From Candidatus Electronema aureum (GTDB lineage Bacteria > Desulfobacterota > Desulfobulbia > Desulfobulbales > Desulfobulbaceae): 32,000 bases of DNA. Positions 26,293 to 32,000 of the stretch are shown here, one piece after another (the stretch's first letter is position 1; each line of letters opens with the position of its first letter). The DNA is taken from assembly GCA_004284765.1 (NCBI GenBank), contig NQJD01000003.1:30001-62000 (forward strand). The letters are read 5' to 3'. Below the pieces are notes generated by a model that saw only the letters and a list, made by a program, of their open reading frames with translations, had not been told where the DNA came from and did no database searches. Both the position numbers and the translations under genes were made by a program.

Positions 26293-27779
26293 GAGCGTTT
26301 CACCGTGCTGGCGGCATTGACCGTTCCTTGCTCCCGCAGCTTGGTGCGAACAGCCTTCAATATCTCGCGCCATAATTCCAGATCAGGGTGTTCAAGCTGC
26401 GTTCCAAGCTCCACAGCTCGGCTGAGGTATGGTTCAGCCTTGACCAGCTCGCCTTGCTCTGCGTAAAACCAGCCTATATTCTCGCTCGTGACTGCCTCAC
26501 CATCTTTGTCGCCAATCTCCTGTGCTATTGCCAGAGCTTGTTCATACTGCTTCAGAGTGGCAAAATAATCTCCTTTAGCATAACAAATAGAGGCAATATT
26601 GTTCAAGGTTACGCCCTCGCCTATCCGGTCGCCGATTTGCCGAGTGATCCCCAAGCTCTGCTTTGCATACTCCCAGGCAGCATCATAGTTTTCTTGGACA
26701 TCATAAACTGCACTAATGTTATTCAGGCACGTGCTTTCCAACCGCTTATCCTTGATCTCGCGGGCAATAGCCAAAGCCTGATTATAGTATTGCAGGGCCG
26801 TTGCATAGTCGCCATGCGCATCATGAATCATGCCGATGTTATTTAGTACCGCACCTTCACCTTCCTTGTCGTGCATCTCCCTTCGCAGCGGCAGGATTTG
26901 TACAAAAAACTTTAATGCCTTGGGGTAATCGCCCTTGTCATAAGCAAGCGCAGCGATATTATTCATGATCGTGCATTCGCCTTTCTTGTCGCCAACTTCC
27001 GTGCGTATAGTCAGGCTTTGCTCCAGATAGTCTAAAGCTTTGCCATAGTCACCTTGGGCATTGTAAATCTGGCTGATATTATTCAGCGACATGGCCTGTC
27101 CTTTGCGGTCGTTGATTTCACGGCGTATGGACAAACTTTGCTCATATAATGGTAGTGCCTCTGCATAGCAGGCAATATTGTCAAGGTCATTCCCAGCTGC
27201 ACCAAGATACTCCGCCCGTTCCTTCTTGTATCCTTCAGGCAGGGCCGCAGCAGCCTCTTGGAAATACTGGGCAGACTTTTCATAGCGATATTGCAGCCGT
27301 TGCAAGTCAGCTTGTTCCACACAGCTTTGCGCTTCGGAAAGCTGCCGCTTCTCCAGCGCGGCCTGCTGTTCGGCCAGGCTTGCTTTCAACTTGGCAACAG
27401 CGGCCCGGTCGCGCTCCTTCGCTTGGTTCAACAGCGCATCCGCCTGGTCATATTCGCCATTCTCAATCGCTTGCTTGGCCTGCTCCTTCAAGGCTTTAAC
27501 CTGCGGATCATCCGACGTGACCGCCTCAAAGCGCAGCAGCAATTCCTTATAGCGGAAGGCTATTTCCCGCAGCTTGCTGTCCAAATCGCCACGGGAAACC
27601 TGCTGCTCTTCCAGAATTTTGAAGAAGCTGGCAAGAGCCGAGTCCGTCACGCCAAGTTCACGCACATACTGCGCAAACACTTCCGGCTGAATGCCGTAGT
27701 TGTTGACCTGCTTGCCAATGGCATGATCGCCCTGCGCGATGTTCTGCTCGCCGCCGTTGCTGTGGAACTGATTGTCCAT
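26289..27779 (-). CDS. tetratricopeptide-repeat protein (about seven 42-aa TPR_12-like modules after a helical N-terminal region)
   Basis: The module G(D/E)..GE...LNNI...Y...GDY..AL.YY.Q.L.I.RE. recurs from about residue 190 to 470. SD GAGAGGG lies upstream of the ATG. The stop overlaps the ligase start (ATGA). Confidence 0.85.
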   Translation of the reverse strand: MDNQFHSNGGEQNIAQGDHAIGKQVNNYGIQPEVFAQYVRELGVTDSALASFFKILEEQQVSRGDLDSKLREIAFRYKELLLRFEAVTSDDPQVKALKEQAKQAIENGEYDQADALLNQAKERDRAAVAKLKASLAEQQAALEKRQLSEAQSCVEQADLQRLQYRYEKSAQYFQEAAAALPEGYKKERAEYLGAAGNDLDNIACYAEALPLYEQSLSIRREINDRKGQAMSLNNISQIYNAQGDYGKALDYLEQSLTIRTEVGDKKGECTIMNNIAALAYDKGDYPKALKFFVQILPLRREMHDKEGEGAVLNNIGMIHDAHGDYATALQYYNQALAIAREIKDKRLESTCLNNISAVYDVQENYDAAWEYAKQSLGITRQIGDRIGEGVTLNNIASICYAKGDYFATLKQYEQALAIAQEIGDKDGEAVTSENIGWFYAEQGELVKAEPYLSRAVELGTQLEHPDLELWREILKAVRTKLREQGTVNAASTVKRS

Positions 27780-27823
27780 TTTTTGCCCTCTCTTACGAAT
27801 CCGTCGGTTTCAGATTGGGTTAC

Positions 27824-27870
27824 TCAATGGGATACTCAACCTAATTGATTCGCATCGGGCATCCCATTGA
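27824..27870 (-). promoter_or_regulatory. 10-bp perfect inverted repeat in the TPR-gene leader
   Basis: TCAATGGGAT (27824-27833) and ATCCCATTGA (27861-27870), 27 nt apart and 45-90 nt upstream of ATG 27779. Confidence 0.35.
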
Positions 27871-27936
27871 CCCTGCCAAGGTGCAGAAGCTGCGGTTGCG
27901 ATTGGTTCAGTCATAGTGGTGGTGTTTATGCAGATG

Positions 27937-28010
27937 TTGTAGGAACAGACCTCTATGTCTGCCCCTTTCCTCTGAACAGAAAGGGCGACCACCTCGGCTC
28001 GCCCTTATAT
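27937..28010. repeat. GC-rich hairpin repeat doublet (units C1 plus-oriented, C2 minus-oriented)
   Basis: C1 (27939-27965) is GTAGGAACAGACCTCTATGTCTGCCCC. C2 (27981-28008) read on the minus strand is ATAAGGGCGAGCCGAGGTGGTCGCCCTT. The two-unit order and orientation match 17453-17540. Confidence 0.65.
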
Positions 28011-28044
28011 CGTTTATTTTCTCACTCGACGTTTTGAAATTGTG

Positions 28045-28075
28045 TCGCTCGACGTTTCCTAAAAACATCGAGCGA
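28045..28075 (-). terminator. hairpin just downstream of lpxD
   Basis: TCGCTCGACGT (28045-28055) / ACATCGAGCGA (28065-28075), an 11-bp stem with one wobble. No U-tract follows on the minus strand, so it may be an attenuating or processing hairpin rather than a full terminator. Confidence 0.3.
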
Positions 28076-28090
28076 TGAATTTGCACCGTC

Positions 28091-29125
28091 TTATTGCTGC
28101 CTGGTCAGCTCATTCACTTGCTTGCGGAGCTGGCGCAATTCCTTGAGCATCTCTGGCAGACGACTAAACACAGCAGAAGCTTTGCCCCATTTTTTGATCT
28201 CAATCGCAGGCACACCTCCCACCACCGCGCCCTTTTTCTGATTGTTATGTACACCAGCCAGACCCGCAACCATCACCCCGTCTTCAATGTGCAGATGCCC
28301 GCTGACCGCTGCCCGCGCTGCCAGCACGACATTACGGCCCAGAACCGTACTCCCAGCAACGCCCGCTTGGCCGACGATAATAGAATTCTCGCCGATCACG
28401 CAGTTGTGGCCAATCATGACCTGATTGTCCATCCGCACCCCGCGTTTGACCCACGTCACACCAAAGGCAGCCCGATCAACACAGGTGTTCGCCCCGATCT
28501 GCACGTCGTCATCCAAGCGCACGATTCCCACTTGCGGCTTGCTCACGTGTTCGCCAGTGGTTGGGTCTGTTGCGAAGCCAAAGCCGTCGCTGCCAATGAT
28601 GGCCCCGTGATAAAGCACCACTCGTTTACCAAGAATACAGCCGTGGGCAATCACCGCATTGGCATGAAGAACGCAGTCATCGCCGATCTCTACATTGTCG
28701 CCAATCACTACGCCTGGCTCGATCCGCACCCGATCACCGATGCGCACCTGGTTGCCGATGCAAACTAAGGGGCCGATAGACACTTGGCCGCTGATGATGC
28801 AATACCGTCCGATTGTCGCCCGCTCGTGAATGCCAGTAGCCTCGAACTCTTCAGCTAAGAGATGATTGTGGATACGAGCCGCTGCCAAATCAACGTTGCT
28901 CACCCGGATCAGGGGCAGCTCGGTATCGCTGAAATCTAAAGGAGCAATGCAGGCCGAGGCTTTGCTCGTTGCTAACTGCTTGGCCAACTTTTTGTTATTG
29001 ATAAAGGTCAGTTGTCCGACCTCGGCTAATTCTAAGCTGTTGAGGGCAGCAATAATTAAGCTGCCGTCGCCCTCCACGGTACCACCAACCAAGGTGGCTA
29101 ACTCCGCAAGGCTTGCGGTACTCAT
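28091..29125 (-). CDS. lpxD: UDP-3-O-(3-hydroxyacyl)glucosamine N-acyltransferase
   Basis: The LpxD N-terminal domain (SLAELATLVGGTVEGDG) is followed by a long left-handed beta-helix of hexapeptide repeats and a C-terminal helix. Confidence 0.92.
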   Translation of the reverse strand: MSTASLAELATLVGGTVEGDGSLIIAALNSLELAEVGQLTFINNKKLAKQLATSKASACIAPLDFSDTELPLIRVSNVDLAAARIHNHLLAEEFEATGIHERATIGRYCIISGQVSIGPLVCIGNQVRIGDRVRIEPGVVIGDNVEIGDDCVLHANAVIAHGCILGKRVVLYHGAIIGSDGFGFATDPTTGEHVSKPQVGIVRLDDDVQIGANTCVDRAAFGVTWVKRGVRMDNQVMIGHNCVIGENSIIVGQAGVAGSTVLGRNVVLAARAAVSGHLHIEDGVMVAGLAGVHNNQKKGAVVGGVPAIEIKKWGKASAVFSRLPEMLKELRQLRKQVNELTRQQ

Positions 29126-29185
29126 AGTGTATCCTGAGAAAACGTTGCAGGCAAGGGTTTGTAACTCAATGGGAATCCTTCCGAA

Positions 29186-29410
29186 TTATTCCTTCTCATC
29201 CATGCAGCAGCAGGAGAGGAACGGATCAGCACTGAAAAAGCGCGTGAAGATGTAAGGCAGAAGCAGCAGCACCGCACAGGCGACCAAGCCATCGAGCATC
29301 CGTTCAGGCAAGGTGGCTACACCTGCCTCAACTCGGATATTGATAATAAAATAAACGATGACGAGCAGCGGTCGCCACATCAATTTCTTCTTTGCATAGC
29401 AATCTACCAT
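29186..29410 (-). CDS. 74-aa two-TM small membrane protein (hypothetical)
   Basis: MVDCYAKKKLMWRPLLVIVYFIINI...LVACAVLLLLPYIFTRFF..FLSCCCMDEKE. SD AAGGAGA lies 5 nt before ATG 29410 (ORF track reaches 29440). Confidence 0.5.
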   Translation of the reverse strand: MVDCYAKKKLMWRPLLVIVYFIINIRVEAGVATLPERMLDGLVACAVLLLLPYIFTRFFSADPFLSCCCMDEKE

Positions 29411-29476
29411 AGCGTTCTCCTTGGCGTAAAATCGTGCCAAAGCAATGCACCGCTTTGGCAGGTTGTGTTGATGAGG

Positions 29477-30852
<1,376 letters not shown>

Positions 30853-30856
<4 letters not shown>

Positions 30857-31155
30857 TTGCCACCTCCCTCAGGTTTCGCTTCCTTCTTCTTGAACATCTT
30901 CAGCATCCGGTCTGTGACCATGTAGCCGCCAACCACGTTGATTGAGGCCAACGCCACGGCCAAGGTGCCGAGCAGAGCAGAGAGGAACGGGTCGCTGATC
31001 TGTAAGGAGGCGATTGCACCAATCAGCGGAATACCGGAGATGGCGTTTGAGCCAGACATCAGCGGCGTGTGCAAGGTTGATGGCACCTTAGAGATCAGCT
31101 CAAAGCCGAGGAAAATTGCCAAGACAAAAACAAATGCTAAATAGACTGGTTCCAT
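30853..31155 (-). CDS. pntA: NAD(P) transhydrogenase subunit alpha, membrane part 2
   Basis: 100-aa, 3-4-TM protein (LHTPLMSGSNAISGI.. motif). It overlaps the pntB start by 4 nt. Confidence 0.88.
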
Positions 31156-31162
31156 TTCATCC

Positions 31163-32000
31163 TCACTTATTGATTATGCTTTTGTACATCTCGCTGACAA
31201 CCTCGCCGTCATGGGTGATCAGTGCGCCCTTGATGATCTCGTCGTTGCGATTGAGATGGAAGGTCTTGGCGTTCTTGTCCCAGAAGTGCTCAACAAAGTT
31301 GCCGAGGTTGGACGAATACATCTGACTGGCGGTCTCTGCCACCCGGCCCGGCAGGTTGCCGAAGCCAATCACCCGCACCCCGCTGATTTCCACCACCTTG
31401 TCTAACTCCGAGCCTTCGACGTTGCCGCCGCTCTCCACAGCCATGTCGATCACCACCGAGCCAGGTCGCATCTCGGCGAGCATGTTGCGGTCAAGCAGGC
31501 GCGGTGCAGGGCGGCCAAAGAGCTGGGCCGTGGTGATCACCACGTCAGCACGGGCGCAGACCTTGGTCATGCCCTCTTTCTGCAACGCCAGCTGCTCCGG
31601 CGTGAGGGCTTTCGCATAGCCGTCCTTAGTCTGGCCGATCTCGCCTAAATTAATCTTGACGAACTTCGCGCCGAGCGACTTGACCTGCTCTTCCACCACA
31701 GGCCGGGTGTCGAACGCCTCGACCACCGCGCCCAGCCGCTTGGCTGTGGCGATAGCCTGCAAGCCAGCCACGCCCACGCCGATGATAAAGACCCGCGTCG
31801 GCTTGATCGTACCTGCCGGAGTGGTCATCATCGGGAAAACCTTGTCTAAATGCTCTGCGCTGAGGATCACCGCAGTGTAGCCCGCCAAGCTGGCTTGCGA
31901 GGAAAGCACATCCATCTTTTGGGCCACCGTGCTGCGGGGGATCATCTCCAAGCTGACTGCCGATATCTTCGCCCGACGCAGCAGCTCGACCAGCTCGGCT
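31163..32000 (-). CDS. pntA: NAD(P) transhydrogenase subunit alpha part 1 (dI, alanine-dehydrogenase/PNT fold); the 5' end lies outside the window
   Basis: IGVGVAGLQAIATAKRLGA Rossmann motif. The frame stays open to position 32000 (..AELVELLRRAKISAVSLEMIPR..), so the gene is partial. Confidence 0.9.
   Translation of the reverse strand, partial: AELVELLRRAKISAVSLEMIPRSTVAQKMDVLSSQASLAGYTAVILSAEHLDKVFPMMTTPAGTIKPTRVFIIGVGVAGLQAIATAKRLGAVVEAFDTRPVVEEQVKSLGAKFVKINLGEIGQTKDGYAKALTPEQLALQKEGMTKVCARADVVITTAQLFGRPAPRLLDRNMLAEMRPGSVVIDMAVESGGNVEGSELDKVVEISGVRVIGFGNLPGRVAETASQMYSSNLGNFVEHFWDKNAKTFHLNRNDEIIKGALITHDGEVVSEMYKSIINK

Noticed and set aside
28029-28037. 9-nt match (ACGTTTTGA) to the 5' end of the mini-array spacer
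   Set aside because: A 9-mer match is expected by chance at roughly one-in-four odds in 64 kb of two-strand sequence. The flanking triplet is TCG, not a TTC-type PAM.
28094-28768. 224-aa plus-strand ORF antisense to lpxD
   Set aside because: It is a mirror ORF produced by the periodic hexapeptide-repeat coding sequence. The lpxD frame is unambiguous.

Overview
This 32-kb window looks like a chromosomal segment of a Gram-negative bacterium (lpxD, pntAA-AB-B, DapL-type lysine pathway, a sigma-54-type promoter). The gene content feels Desulfobacterota-like, but I cannot verify that without a search. I call about 27 protein genes, most of them housekeeping. They are radC, an RNB exoribonuclease, an RCK K+ channel, an SH3 protein followed by hslV-hslU, sanA and fabL. 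Next comes a 3-gene glycan cluster (priming phosphotransferase plus two GT2), divergent from an AI-2E transporter, then dapL and an FGE/SUMF1-domain membrane protein. The remainder are prmA, galU, priA, a ParE/GyrB-family subunit, an OleC-like adenylating enzyme translationally coupled to a TPR protein, lpxD and pntAA/AB/B. I saw no rRNA, tRNA, transposase, integrase or complete known defence system. Several things are not explained by the gene list. (1) A roughly 1-kb ORF-free gap (1211-2205) holds two or three decaying type I-C-family CRISPR repeat units with one spacer and no cas genes, a strong orphan plus-strand terminator, and an 18-bp perfect palindrome. (2) An AT-rich gap after sanA holds a self-contained unit: clustered TACCGA motifs, a near-consensus sigma-54 promoter, an SD, a 41-aa hydrophobic peptide and a terminator. 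(3) A GC-rich hairpin repeat family (GTAGGGGC..CCCCTGTG..GCCC) has six units in two intergenic regions. These units bracket a truncated LRR mini-gene and a VOC-gene remnant and supply two stop codons. (4) Two convergent gene pairs overlap by exactly 20 nt, and one overlap is a palindrome that encodes both C-termini. (5) A TPR gene and an OleC-like ligase gene share an ATGA overlap despite a sharp GC shift between them. All product calls rest on my recall of family motifs and no database search was possible. Start codons are often ambiguous, and the ncRNA and regulatory calls are hypotheses.
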